Below are positions 5,190 to 5,201 of a stretch of 5,201 bases of DNA, one piece after another. The notes under the pieces were generated by a model. The model saw nothing but the letters and a program-made list of their open reading frames with translations, made no database searches and was not told the DNA's origin. The position numbers and the translations under genes are program-made. Source of the DNA: an archaeon (GTDB lineage: Archaea; Iainarchaeota; Iainarchaeia; Iainarchaeales; CSSED10-239); contig JBAWVI010000067.1 in the NCBI GenBank assembly GCA_037147375.1, positions 1 through 5,201 of the forward strand, given 5' to 3'. Every line of letters begins with the position of its first letter. Position 1 is the stretch's first letter.

Positions 5190-5201
5190 AACAATTGCTG
5201 A

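Noticed and set aside
1-5201. rRNA, tRNA, other structured ncRNA, or a CRISPR array
   Set aside because: In such AT-rich archaeal DNA, structured RNAs stand out as GC-rich islands. None is visible in the short intergenic spaces, and there are no regularly spaced repeats. About 93 percent of the window is accounted for by long ORFs.
1-5201. Stop-codon reassignment or programmed frameshifting
   Set aside because: All eight credible ORFs end cleanly at TAA or TGA with sensible lengths and intact domain motifs. There are no adjacent same-strand ORF fragments that would need recoding to join.

Overview
This is a strongly AT-rich, densely coding segment that reads as archaeal chromosome. The evidence is a single-domain Sm/LSm protein, an Nre-family repair protein ending in a PIP box, a small TIGR00288-type NYN protein, TATA-like boxes, and GGTGAT/GAGG Shine-Dalgarno sites. 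Six co-directional minus-strand genes run from 3644 down to 30. Their spacers are 21, 17, 15, 72 and 22 nt. In order they are: NYN/LabA-like RNase, DUF4388/PATAN-like protein, Roadblock/LC7-like protein, MinD/ParA-class deviant-Walker-A ATPase with a bacterial-type C-terminal amphipathic tail, LSm, and a membrane-anchored charged helical protein. Across a 184-nt control region sits a divergent, probably leaderless Nre-family gene (3829-4908). A small two-TM ORF converges on it and stays open to the window edge. I see no rRNA, tRNA, CRISPR, transposase or integrase. The best candidate for an undescribed system is the PATAN-like + Roadblock-like + MinD trio (1390-3149). It looks like the known PATAN/Roadblock/small-GTPase polarity theme with the GTPase replaced by a MinD-type ATPase. 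A MinD-tail-like peptide also recurs in the downstream membrane protein. All family assignments come from motif recognition by eye and need HMM or structure confirmation.
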